A stretch of DNA of 64,000 nt from Ptychomitrium polyphyllum. Its lineage: Eukaryota. Below the pieces are notes generated by a model that did no database searches, was not told the DNA's origin, and saw only the letters and a list, made by a program, of their open reading frames with translations. This document shows positions 12,106 to 25,568 of the stretch, piece by piece. The DNA lies in NCBI GenBank assembly GCA_973851085.1, contig OZ316776.1, positions 5,084,001-5,148,000 on the forward strand, given 5' to 3'. The position numbers were made by a program, and so were the translations under genes. Every line of letters starts with the position of its first letter. The stretch's first letter is position 1.

Positions 12106-12452
12106 AGCAATTGAATAAAAAGACAAATCCAATGATGAATTAATCTTTTTGCCTCAAGTTTATTCTTGCGTACAGATATTGACACCCTTCAACACCTCCG
12201 TATATTAAAACATTATAACACATAATCTTTTTGATTAATTAATATGTTAATGATGGAAGTGTGTGACATGGCACACAAAGTAATGCAAAAGGTAATTCAA
12301 TTGAAATCTCATAGAAAGTGGAGATTGAAATGTAAGGTTCTCATAAACAGTTCGTTTCCAAAATTCTAGAATTAATGATTCAAAATTTGTTTGTGATGAT
12401 GATCATAATAATAATGATAATAAGAATAACAGGTATAGTTATAGTTATACTT

Positions 12453-12470
12453 ATAATAATAATAATAATA

Positions 12471-12508
<38 letters not shown>
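12453..12508. repeat. Palindromic trinucleotide microsatellite (AAT)n abutting (ATT)n
   Basis: ATAATAAT...AATAA|TTATTATT..., symmetry centre at 12471/12472. Confidence 0.9.
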
Positions 12509-12509
<1 letters not shown>

Positions 12510-14149
12510 TTAAAAAAATTATTTCCACTTTTGACTTAATTTTCAAATTATCATATGATGTCAGATTATATTATATTATATTATTAATACAAAAGTGTAA
12601 TTATAATACCTACATTATTTGATTCTTCATTTCAATATATGGTATGACTCAAACACATTTTAAGTGCATTTGTAAGGAATTGTAGATATTGCACGTTCTA
12701 AGAAATGATGCTTTTTATAACATTTAGCATTATATTCAAAATAGAGTCAATTGTTTCTTACAATGGCTATGAATTTTTAGTTATTATAGTTTTTTCTATT
12801 AAAATTGAGAATGGTTGTTTTACCAAACAAACAAGGGTCAAAAATGGTCTTTTACAAGCTGGATGGATAAACAAACAATTTTGCCCAATAATGAAGTAGA
12901 TAAAAACATGTAAAATAATAAAATCAATTGTTTTTCTTGATTTACACTTGATTTCCAAATCCCAATATGTTTGCTTGTCTGCATTCCTATTTGCCTATAT
13001 ACATGCATATTTGCCTCATATGGGCACCTTTGTTGGACATTTGCTTTACGTGGATGTCATTATAGCATCAAAAAACCACTTAAAAATAGTATAATATTTT
13101 AAACAACTATCATTAATAAATACAAAATTTGATTTATTATGGTTAATTTGGAGTTTATAATAGTCTTTTATCCATTATTCATAGACTTATATAAATGAAA
13201 ATAATCATTATAAATAAGTTGTAAGATAAACACAAATACCCTTAAAATATTATTATAATATTAATTAAGTCAATGACCCATATGTTGTGATAATAATATT
13301 TTTCAAACACTAAACATTGTATTCATGACATACTTGTCCAAATAATTAATTATAGAAATAATGTAACATTTGCATAATTTGTCTTTCTACATATAATGAT
13401 TATTCCTTAATATGAGCTTGTTTAGTTTCTAAACATATCTTTAGTATTAATTAAAAACAACAAATAAATGTTGTTGTAACACTTCATTTTCAAGCATCAT
13501 CCTTGGAGTTTTTTTGTTCATTAATATTTGTGTTGATATTTATTGCAATATTATGGAAATTTCCAAAAATATTAAAATTTTTCAATTTAAATTTGAATTT
13601 GTAGAGGTACATATCCATACACGTATAAATGTATGCAATATTTTGTCATTCACAAAATTAAATGTTAGTAAATATGTATTTTTTTTCTATATATGTTTAT
13701 AGATTAATATATATATTTATACCATCTTATACAAATATGTGAATATGTATGTCTATGTGGTGGTTCAATACATACTTTTATGCATTATTATAAAAATTCA
13801 TAAAAGATAAATTATATAATTGGAATATTATGGTAATTTGATAATTGTGAATTTTTATTTATTTTTATGTTAAGAATTATAAGAAGTAGTTTGTACAAGT
13901 TTTCTAGATGCATATCAACAATACTTTAGTTATTTAAGAAATTACTATATAACACAACTTGTTCTGAAAAATAAATAGTATAATTTTATATATTATTGGT
14001 AAAAAAAGTTGTTCAAATCTTCATATACTTTTTTGGAAAGATTGAGACATAACGTGTTATAGATGGAAATACAAATAAAAAATTAACGCTAAAGAAAAAA
14101 ATTAATTAGACTTTACTTCAAAACGAGAAATCAAAACAAGATACAAGGC

Positions 14150-14600
14150 TAAAAATTTTAGAACAAAGTCAACAAGATTTAGTTGATCAATTTTAAAGTA
14201 TTGATTCCAAAGTAATATATGAAAAATGCACAAATCATAGTTTTTTACTTTTAAATTTTTGACGAACTTTAGCTTGATTATCAAGGCTTTAAAAATTTCC
14301 ATGTGCATAGATGAACCATGGAGTTGAACTTGTAATCAGCAATAGACATTTGACATGTTAAAGCAAAAGTTTGATTCAACTTTAATGCTTCAATATCTAA
14401 ATATTATCAAATTCATTTAATTGCTCATTAATTGGAATACAAAAAGACAAAGAATAATATTGACATTGATGGATGAAGAAAGGAGAATATATCATTGCAT
14501 ATGCTTCTTTGAGTAATAATAATGTGGGTTTCAATTAATAATTTTAAAGAAGAAAAATTTTGATAGCAATTCTACCATTGCTCACTTCTATCTTTATCAT
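14150..14600 (+). mobile_element. Older Ty3/gypsy pol fragment (RT connection/RNase H), left part of an interrupted host element
   Basis: Degenerate frames resembling W...Q..FD.LK.K and DEE..EY.IAYAS.SNN, with many stops. Confidence 0.5.
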
Positions 14601-17600
14601 AAAAGAGTAGGGAGTCTAGGGTAGACCACAAGAAATGCATTGTTGAGGCTAAGATCTCTTCAATTTCAACTCTTCAATTTCAACTCTTATATATACTAGG
14701 ACTACAAGCCTTAGAAGCTTGTTTAGAAGCTTTCAATACAATGGTCAATGCTCAAGTAACTTTAGGTTGCTTCATTTGAAGCTGTTTTAGCAAAGATAAT
14801 TTCTTTGGAAGCTTTTTTAGCTTTGTTAAACTTTCTAGGAACCTTTTTAGAAGCTTCAAACCTTTTTAGAAGCTTCAAATGTTTATGTCTATGAGATCGC
14901 CTCCTGTTTTAGCTTTGAGGTCTTTAAAGAGCATATTGCAATAAATGCTTAAAGTCATAGAAGTCAAAAATTTATTGCATCGTATTTGCAACATATTTCA
15001 ATTGTTTTTTACAATTCAAATGATTTATGGATCCTTGCAACTACTGGTAGTGACTAATGTTTTTAATCTAAAAGCAAGCATGAACTTTTGTATCTTTGCT
15101 GTAAAAGCATCCTTTAAACATTGCTTTCAGATAAATCTCATAGGCATGTTCCATTCTATGTCATGTATAGAGTTCAGAAACTTATGTTCAAGGAATTCCT
15201 TCCTTTCATGCTTAAAAGCTCAAGAATTAAGAATCTTCAAGGTTACGCAACATTATTGGGCCATTCTTTTTTGTGCTGCTACTTTTGGTTTAGATGGATG
15301 TTGTTGATAGAACTCATGAATTTTACTGGCAACTTTTCAAAATTGTTAGCTGGTTCACATGTGCATTCAATAATGTCATATCTGTTCAAATGGACCAAAT
15401 ATTCCAACTTCCTATGTTTTATCCACAAATCAAGCACTTTTTTTACTTCAAATTCATAGTGATTATTAATTTCCACCATAGAAGATAATAATTGTTTCAT
15501 GTATAGGCTTCTAAAAATAAAACATAGAAGATTGGATGTACTTTCACTGATGTTGGTACTTTTATTACCACAAGTTTGATTTATTTTTGAATTACAAGAG
15601 GTTCCAATTTGCAACTTGTTGTACAATCATTTGGTTTTTATTTTGCATAAAAAAAGCCACATCTTTTCAGTAACTTGAAATGGAGGCTATTCCTATCTTA
15701 TTGTAGATAATGCTACTTAATATTGTTCTTGAGCTTCTTCTAATTTAGTCTTCATAATTGCTTGAAGTTTTTTCATTTTTGTGACAAGTTTTTTTGTTGT
15801 TGGATTCTTAGATCATGGAGGTTATAACATATTCATTTTTGGACGATGACCATACTTGGAGTAAAATGACATTTGTTGACTGGAAGCGTAAGCGGTATTA
15901 TTGTAGACAAACTTAGCTAATATTAAATAGGAAGTCCAATTGTCTTATTGGTAATTAATAGTACACCTTAGATATTGCTCCAAGCTTTTGTTGACTTACT
16001 TTGTTTGGCCATGAGTATAAGGTTGGAAGGCGGAAGAGAGTCTAATGTCTATTTTAAGGATCTCAAAGAATGACTTCCAAAACCTTGATAAGAATTGTGG
16101 CCGAGGATCTAATAAAATATTGTCAGGCAATCCATAGTAGCTGTAGACATTATTCATATAGAGTGTGGCAGTATCTTTGCTTGTAATCGTTTATTTGCAA
16201 AGTACAAAATGTGCCATCTTAGTCAATTAATCTACTACTACAAGGATGGTATCAATTGAATTTAAGAATGAATAATCTGTGATGAAATCCATAGAAATAA
16301 AAAACTACGATTGCTTTAATATAGGTAGTGGTTGGAGAAGTCTGTATTGGTGGTGCCTAAGATTCTTTGACCAAGAGCAAGTATCACATGTGAATACAAA
16401 CTTCTTAATGGCCTTTCACATTTGAGGCCACCAAAAATCTCAAGAGAAGAATTCCAAAATCTTATTGAATTCAAAATGTTCAGTCGCAGAAAAGTCATGA
16501 CATGTTTAAAATATACAAAAGCAGACTAGTCCTTCAAGAATATATAGGCATTCTTAAAAGTAAAGGAGGTTGTCCTAAAATTTAAATTTAGACACATTTT
16601 AGGAAGACTGTTGGAAAAATGTTTTATCAAGGATATGAAAGTCTGTAGTAGGTTGCCATACAAACCTAGTGAAGATATGATGAATATCCTAAAACTAAAA
16701 CAATAGTTGTTCATATACAAAATTGTTGAAGTTTCAATATAATTGCTTGTTGTTGATTATATGCTACCTCACCTTCTTTTGACGCAAGATATGACTGCTT
16801 GAACAAAGCATTTGACAACTCTTGTTGTTTTCCTAATTAATATGTGATATTAAATCAAACCGAGATAGAAATATATTCAAAATATGGATTGACATAAAAT
16901 ATTTAAGGATCTTGTAATTTATATATATAGTAACAAGATATGTGGCACCTTCAAGCAAATGGTGCCATTCTTAGAAGGAATCAACAATTGCAAGGAGTTT
17001 CTTATTGTAGATCTTATAGTTAATTTCTACAACTAATTTTTTTTCTAGAATGAAATGCCACTAAGTGGAGTCTCCCCTCCTCTCTTGATAGTGATAAAAT
17101 TGCTTCTAATGCATAGCCAAAAGCATCTGTCTCCACATAAAGTAACTTTAAAAAATCAAAATGGATCAAAATAAGAACTATAATAAAAGCTTGTTTCAAA
17201 ATTTGGAATGCATCCTTGGCATCAAATCTCCACTTAAATTTTTTTGCATATTAATTGCATAATGGACTCAGTTATTTGGAAATGGTCCTTAATGAAGATT
17301 CTACAAAAGTTTGCAAATCCAAAAAAACATTAAACATCAGGTAACGATTTTGGCCTTATTTAATTGTTGATTGCTTCAACCTTCTTTGGTTCTATCAATA
17401 GTTCTTTATTAAAGATGATATAGCCAAGGAATTCTACTTGAGGCTGGTGGAAAATATAGTTATCTAGTTTGGCGTACAATCTAGCATCTCGTAGCTTTTA
17501 TAGGATTATGCAAACATGTTATTTGTGCTCCTTTGGATTCTTTGAATAAATCAAGATATTATCCAAATAACATATAATAAGATCATTGAGGTACTTGCAA

Positions 17601-20280
17601 AATATATCATTCGTCAGGTATTAGAAAATGGCAAGTGCATCAATAAATCCAAAACGCATAATACTGTATTCAAAATGTCCATATTTAGTTTGAAAATATG
17701 TCTTCTATTTATCTTTTTTTTTAATGCACATGGAATTATAGGCCTGTCACAGATTTATTCTAATATAGATCTTTGCTTAAATAAATTGATTAAGAAGTCC
17801 AAATACCAACGGCAATGGATATCCGTTCTTCAGTAATAAAAGTTATTAGTTCTTTAGTGGCAATGAATATTGGTTCTTCACCATTATTTTATTGATGCTG
17901 CAATAATTAACATACAATTGTAAAGATCTATCCTTCTTCTTCACAAAAATTATTGAAGCATTAGTATAAGATTCTAAATGTCAAAACAAGTTTGTGGCTA
18001 AGTTTTTATCAATATATTTTTTTAATGCCAAAGGTTTCTTTTAAATAAGTTATAAATAGGTCCAAATGGTGATTAGGCGCCGTTCTGGAGGTTAATAGTA
18101 CAATTGTAGGGACAATATTCTGATAGAATGCCTATATATATTTTTTCAAATACATAATCAAACACTTTACACTTCTTTGCAATTGTCAATGATAAAGCCA
18201 CAAATTTGGGCATTGAAATTGCATAAACAACAAAAGAAGTGCCATTCTTTGTTGCCTTCATAAATGCTTTAACTCCAATAGAGAAAGACTTTATGATTTT
18301 AGATGAGTAAGATGCTTAAGCTTCCTTTCTAGGCTTGGTAATTACAAATCTAGTATAAGAAATTTTATTTTATAAGATATCCAATTTATATGCAAATTGT
18401 ACCTTTTTAGCAAATAAAACCTTCGAATGATGTATCTTAAAGGAAATCTAATAATATTAGGTATTACTTGGCTACTATTCTTATCCACTGTTATTTTTAA
18501 TGGAATGAAACCATGAATAACAACTCCAAAAGATAAAAGTTGTCCATCTATGACTTTTATAAGGACGGCTTGGATTTTTTAAAAACAAAAAACTTATGGA
18601 TTTTCAAAAATTTCTCATCAATAAAGCAAGCAAAGGTCTCCAAAGTCAACAATGCAAGGCTTTTGAATTTCCAAACATGCAAAGAAACATATATAGTAAA
18701 ACAAAGAAAATGATGAACCAATAGTATAAGACCTTTTTTTGCTTCGAAAGCAAGTAAATTTAGCGGCACAATTCCTATAGTGGTTGGACGTCCTCGTTTT
18801 TTGCATAATATTTGGTGCCATAGTTGTATCCTTCATTTAACATTTACGTAGGGGTTTTTCAGGGCAATTATCAACCTTGTGGATAAGTTTTCTACACTAC
18901 AAACACAAGCCATACTCCCTTTGACGTTTCTTCTTATATTTGATAAGGAGCCTAAAACAAATTGCATCAATCTGCATGACCTTTGCTTCCAAACACTCAT
19001 TGGACATAAATAGGGCCAAGATTACTAAGAAGTTGATATATGGTCACAATGTAATCAAAACTCATTTATCTTGCTAACAATAAATAGATGATTATTGCAC
19101 TTTAGAGCTTGGCTGATGGCCGCATCAAGTGTCTGGGCATCTGGCATGGACAATAATAATTTTATAAGCATACCATTTACATCCCAATAAATCTAATTCA
19201 TCAAAGCTTCTTCTTCTTAATTAATATTGTATGCAAGTTGTCAAGATTTTTATTCATAAATCAACATCAATTGTAGTTTTTAGTGCAAGGCACAAATCTT
19301 AATGGTTGCAAAATGAAGCTTATCATGGTCATTAAATGTTTTTGCAAACGCGGTTAAGAATGAATTAAAATTATTAAATATGGAAGGATTATTCTCAAAA
19401 AGTAGTACAAACTAGGACAATAATTGTTTTGAAAGCAATGTTTCCACCAAACCAATGCAAGAAGCATCGATAGGATATTATTGAGATTGGAATAATGTAA
19501 CAAGTTGAACTTGGTTTACAAAGCCTCAAAATTTTAAACGTGTATTGTCAAACTTTTATAATATACTGAATTTTGATTCTTTTGTTGTTGATATTGATTT
19601 ATTGACTTAAATTTGTGCATCTTCTACTAAAGCAAATGTAGGCAATGGAGTATTTAAGGTAACTTAAAATAGCAATTGAGATGCTCTTGTTCCTTGACCA
19701 TTATGTAGAGTCAATTAAGGTTTTTCATTTTGCTTGAATAGTCTTGGTCTTGATTTTCAATGCTTCAAGGGCATTTATGATTGAATCTAATTTAGCTTCT
19801 TTTGAATCCATCATATTGATTTCTTTACTTCTTGGCATAGAAAAAAATTAAAAAATTAAAAAAAAATACATTGTTAAATAAAAAAAATATCAAAAAAAAT
19901 TCAAGGGCAATACCAATGTAAAAGAAAGTAATCCGCAACCTTTAAAGCGCTACAATACTTCCAAAAAGATGGATAATCTACTTTCTATCAAGAAAGATCA
20001 AGCTGTAATACTATTGTATGACAGTTTTGACAAATTGTTAAAGACATAGTAATAACAAGGTAAGGATTTAGGAGTCCAAAATATTGAAGGAAGTATGCTC
20101 AAGGTATATTGGAAATAAAGGATTATTACAAGGTATAAAGATAGGACTAAGAAGTTTGAAGTAGACTATAAAACATGCATTGTCAAGACTAAAGAGTTCT
20201 TCAGGTTTGATTCTATATACATTAGAACTTAAAGCCTTCAAGAAGGTTTGATTCTATATACTTAGAAAGATTTCTAAATG
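14601..20280 (-). mobile_element. Degenerate Ty3/gypsy chromovirus LTR retrotransposon (gag-PR-RT-RH-INT-chromodomain)
   Basis: Minus strand order: gag ~19800-18850 with Zn-knuckle remnant; protease ~18650; RT YLDNILIYSK-like ~17570-17540; RNase H ETDAFGYALEAILS ~17135-17090; integrase ~16400-15900; chromodomain FEVKKVLD..RKLEYLVH..YD..ECT.EP ~15460-15330; PPT-like tract ~15195-15207. Diverged LTR-like direct repeats at ~14602-14712 and ~20148-20240. Confidence 0.88.
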
Positions 20281-21700
20281 TTTCTAATATGTAAAGCACA
20301 TAATATAAGCTTTAATGAAGTACATGATATATTCCAAATTGTTGGCATTGTATGGTTAGATCTTGCAGTCTTGTACAAACTTGAATAAGGGACTTTTTTT
20401 TCAACCATCTTTGTTATGGAACATTATATAATTGACTACTAAATGGCTAGTTTTTATTGAAAGGATGGCTTATTATTTTATTTGAAGCCAAATGGAGTCA
20501 AAAATACAATTTTGTAGCCAAATCATATAACCTTTTTAATATGGCAAGTACACAAGGATCTTGTTCATTATAAAGTGCACAATGCACATTTTATTTTATG
20601 CAATCAATACTAATGGAGTAGTATGTATATCAAGTTACCACATATGTTTCTTAGTGTGAGGTGTTTCTTGTATTTAGATTAAGTTTTAACACCTTCTTAC
20701 CTTAGCTAAGACCTTTGTCCATCATAATGTCATAAGTTTGGACTTTGCCAAATTGCTTAAGGTTACTGCATTCATGATTAAGTACATAGTAGTGATGGTG
20801 AAGTATTTTATCAATTAGATTATACTTGTTGCCTTATTACAAAATTCTTCTGAGGCAATGCTTATGGCTTTTGTTGATTTTATTGTAACATCTTTTGGAA
20901 GAATTATTGAGGAATTGATAGATTAAGGGAAGAAGTTCTTTAATTCTTTTAAAAAATTGTACAATAAGACTATATTAGATCATTGCACCACCTCAACAAA
21001 TTACCTTAAAGAGATGGCTTAGCAGATTATTCAAACAACCAAACACGGTTTACAAAAGTATGGATTTGCTTTGTAGAAACCAAAATAAATGGAAGTTGAT
21101 GTTGCCATGAATTACAATGGATTATCATTTTAACTGATAAGCATCATCAGTAGTTTACAGCCCCTATCATTTATTATATGGATGGAAGTCTATTTTGCTT
21201 AGCTTAATGTGTGAGAATCTGCTTTAATTGTAGATTTGAGTGACCTTGATGTTTGAATGCAATGTTTATATGATTGAACAAGAGGTTTCTAGAGAGCCAT
21301 GCCAATGGTTATGGAAAACCTATTTATTGATCAATGTTGTGATACTTAGGATTATGTTTGGCACTTATTGATCTCAATTGTGGAGCTTTTACAGATAAGA
21401 TTATGTGGACTTGCAATTTAAAGTGCCTATTATTCTTGATATTAAAATAAGGTGCAAAATCCTTTTGACAAGGGATGTGCTTCCTAATGATATTTCGTTA
21501 CTTGAAGGCAAGAATGGATAAGAATATTGAAAGTATTCCAAAAGTTTTACTTTATGCTATTTCTTGTTGATGATATTGTGCATTCTGTACAATCATTTGT
21601 GCCAGTTATTTTTATTTGTTTTGTGTATAGTGAGAAAAAATAGGAAACTGTAATATTATCAATTAAGCAATGCCAATAGAATTGCTATAATAGCATGTTT
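20281..21700 (+). mobile_element. Older Ty3/gypsy integrase fragment, right part of the interrupted host element
   Basis: Degenerate integrase-like segments, including a DGLA-type motif near 20980-21030; same strand as the 14150-14600 fragment. Confidence 0.5.
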
Positions 21701-23240
21701 GATATCTTTCTTTCAACTTTGCTTTTTGAAGATTAGATTTACCTTTATTGTAAGAAACATTCTAGCTATGTTGCATCTTTTGATAAGAGCTAAGGATTTT
21801 GCAAGAGTTTACCATATTTTAGTAGCTAATCTACCATTTGCTTAATGACTACTAATTTTATATTCAAGATTTGAACTTATTAATAAATTTAAATATAGAA
21901 AGTGATAACTACAATTGACAAAGGCAATTAAAGATGGAACTTATATGACATTTGGCCTTCAAATATTTTAGTTATTTTTTACGTAGCTTCCTTGTTTGAT
22001 TAGCAAAACATCATAACTAATGATGTTTAGTTAAATGCTCCTTATATAGTTATAAAGGGGCACTTAACTAAATAATAATTAAATGATAACTAAATGAAAG
22101 TAGATGCTACTGATTAATTAAAAGGAGCATTTAAAGATCTATTTGTAATGTTATTTTATTTGGTTTTGTTTATTACAAATTCAATAATGGTTATTGTACT
22201 TGTTCTATTGTTTGTGGCAATCTTTACTTACATAACTAAACAAAAACAAATCTTCAAAGTTCCAATTATGTAGATTCCAAATTTGTAATTGAAAGCCTTA
22301 GATGTTAATGATTTATTAAAATTACCTAGTGCATTAATATATAGCTATTTGGAAAGATAAGTTATGCAATTCTGTTCAATCATTGCAACCTCTCATATTC
22401 TTCGCAGCAAATTACTATGGACTGCAAAATACTCACATCCAACTACATTTCTTAAATTCTCTTGAATATCTCGTATAATATTCAGACTTTGATGTAGTAA
22501 ATACTTTAAAGTTACTTCTTCACTACACAACATGTGCACAGTTTCTTTGTATTGCAAGGAAGCGTAAATCATTGAGGTGGACCAAACGGGATGTTTGTTA
22601 CATTCGTCGGAGCGTCCAATTCCAAATTGGAGCGAAGGCTGCTTGAAACGGAGCCTTGGTACGACGGACCACGCGAAAGGCCAGGCGGCGTAGGCGATCA
22701 CGTGGAGTAGGCTACTGTTCTAGAGCACCCGCATAGCTCTCGAAGTTGGCGAAGCCCCGAAACAGTAATTTACTACGGAATAGAAATAATCCAGTGAGTC
22801 TGTCCGTCCTAGTCTCCTGGTCACTCCGAACTCTACTGTTGACCATCCGGCGCCAGGTCCATCGATCCCAGGTATTCTATTCTAGGCAGTCTACAATGCA
22901 ATCTCTCACCCCGAGCTATATGCTAACCCGATCTCACTAGTCACTAAACAATCTTGCCTCATCGAATGGCCCTAATCGTCCTTTAACAGCCGCTAACGCT
23001 AGAAAACTACTCGAGATCCTTAATCCCATTTGATCCAACGGTCCGGATTGCCCCTAGTAGCTCCTCTTGGTTTGATCTCAGTGCTGCAGCGATCGGCCAT
23101 CAGTCTACAAGCAGAAGCACAGGCGGAAGAACTAGCAGAAGAACTTGCTCCTACTCGTGCTTAGTTAATACTGCCGTGGATCACCAGTATTCCTGGTGTT
23201 GTTTGTTTTCTGCTCTCATTTCTACTGGATTCGCGGACTG

Positions 23241-23357
23241 ATGCAAAGGCCGCTTACTCACAGTTCCACTATATCCATCCTCCACTCTGACATATCCGAG
23301 GTCTCCATCTCCTCCCAAGCCTTATATTATCTCTACTTCCTTCACGGAGGGAGCTAA
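23241..23357 (+). other. 38-codon upstream ORF in the probable 5' leader exon of the bHLH gene
   Basis: ATG 23241 to TAA 23357 (MQRPLTHSSTISILHSDISEVSISSQALYYLYFLHGGS), followed by a strong donor AAG|GTGAGT at 23384/23385. Confidence 0.35.
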
Positions 23358-23959
23358 CGATTATCCATTTCAGCCCCTGCAAAGGTGAGTTTTGCTTGGG
23401 TTTGAGTTTTAAATTTTTTTCAAGGGTGCGTTTTGCTGTGGTGAAGAGGAGATCGGTCTCTGTCCGTTAGTTCGGCAGGAGAGATGGAGAAGGTTTTTTG
23501 GCTTTTGTGATAGTGGACGGGACGGTGTTTTTTGCAACAGGTACTGCAATTTGCTCTTCAATTTTACTACTCCACGTTCTGATTCGATGAGTCTCAGCGT
23601 GGGAGCCGATGATTGCGACGAGATCCCGTCTATGGAGAATTGGTACAGTTGTCTTCCCCGTTTGTCTTCTTGCCCAACAACTGGCGATACGTAGCCTCAA
23701 CTAATTTTTAACGAGTGGAATGAGAAAACGGTTTGCCACCAGAACAATTTAACCTAAACTAGCAAACCTCTGGTCTACAGGTTTCCTAGCAAAGTATTGT
23801 TTTTCAGTGCTGCTGCAGAATAGTTGCAGACGCTTGAAGATCAATGTTGATATTCACAATAACTTCTGCCAATCAACAATCTATGTGTGTAAATGTTGTT
23901 ACCTTTTCTTGAAGACCTTGGAAAAGTGTTGGTAGTAGCAGCAGCCATTGTGCGTCTAG

Positions 23960-25568
23960 ATGATCAATTTAAGCAACTCTATTGGATGTGTGGAATGTTC
24001 TGAAGGTTGAATGTCGGAGCCGATTGGACGGAGCACCATGAAATCATTGACTCGCAAACCGCAAGCACGCCACTCTTCTACAACGTAACGCAAGCGTCCA
24101 CCACCTTGGGCGTGAAGGTGCCCGATTCCGTGTTCTCGATTTCCTTGCACAAGGACGCCGTGCCTCTCACCACTCACCCGTTCCTCAAGTTGGATACTCT
24201 GGAGCTCTGCAAGGAGAATCCGGACGTGGTGCTGGTGAGGACCGGAAGCTCAAGCATGGTTGACTCGTCCAGCAACGAAGACGAGATGAATTCCACTGGG
24301 ATGTCGGTGGCGGTGCCGAGCTTGCTGGATCGTACTCTGAGCTTGGACGACGTGAATTTGTGCGTGGAGGCGGATAGCCCACGAGGGCCGTTGTCGCCTG
24401 CGGCTCTCCAGCTCGGGAAGTCGCCCAGGCCGACGGGTATCAAGCGTCAGTTTGACGATCTTCAGGCCGCACCTGGCGTTGGGTACACGCCCTTTGTGGC
24501 CATGGCGAGCTCGCCGACGTTCTTGCCAGCGAGTGCCAATGTTGGGGTCACTGCAGCGCCTGGGATCATGTTTCCGGCTTCGCTGACGCTTCCGAATGTG
24601 CCGAGTCTGGAAGAGATTGCGCAATCGCGGCCGAAGCGGCGCAATGTAAGAATCTCCAAGGACCCGCAGAGCGTGGCGGCAAGGCACCGGCGCGAGAGGA
24701 TCAGTGATCGCGTGCGCGTCTTGCAGCACTTTGTGCCCGGCGGAACGAAAATGGACACGGCGTCCATGCTTGACGAAGCCATCCAATATGTCAAGTTTTT
24801 ACAGCACCAACTCCAGGTCTGGTTTTACAATCTTAACTCCCTTCGTCGAATATCGTCGAGTGTTTCATCATCGCACAGACTTGCAATTCACCTATAGTTT
24901 TCCAACATTTCCCTGTAATTCTTGTTTGAAGTACGGAACTCGTGATCTGCATCTAGTACTTTCTCTTAATTCCAATCTCTTGTCCTCACTTCATATCACT
25001 TCATATCCAAGAGCTCATGATAGGCCATGCAAATTTTTACGAAGTGAGGACCAGAATATGACTTCATTTCTTGGAAGTTTGCTAACCAAATCCTTACCAC
25101 TCGTACGAAGGTTTTGTGAAGGAAAATAAGGAGGTGATATACGTAGAGACAGGTTGAACGTAGCCTTGGTGCAAATTTGAATACTTCTCAGAACTCGTGA
25201 GGTTCGCCCTTGATTGTGGGTCACGCAGAGACAGTTAGAGAATATCCTTGGTCGATTCTTCTCAGGCTTATCGCCTAATTATTGGAAGCTCGCATCCAAA
25301 GCTCATCGTTGTACGGAATTTTGTTATGTGTTTCAGACATTGGAGCGGCTAGGAAACGCCTATGTCGCAAGGAGGTCCCGTGATGATGTCCCATGTTGGA
25401 AATAACGGGCGCTCATTCGACCTAAACTGCGCAGTGAACCAATCCTACCCGTCCACGTCCATGATTCAAGCCACTTCGCCTGCATCGCAACCTCAACCTA
25501 CATGGCCGACCACGAGGTTCTGCAGCCAGAGCTTCCCGGACTCCGCCCAGGAGCAGTTTTGTCACTAG
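23960..25568 (+). CDS. HECATE/INDEHISCENT-like bHLH transcription factor (subfamily VIIIb-type); start and C-terminus uncertain
   Basis: [59 protein letters not shown]. Intron 24817-25336 (CAG|GT..TTTCAG|) continues to TLERLG. First in-frame ATG is 24256; ATG 23960 needs a frameshift at ~24007. The C-terminal frame ending QEQFCH* (25568) needs a shift at ~25361 or acceptor 25353. Confidence 0.88.
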
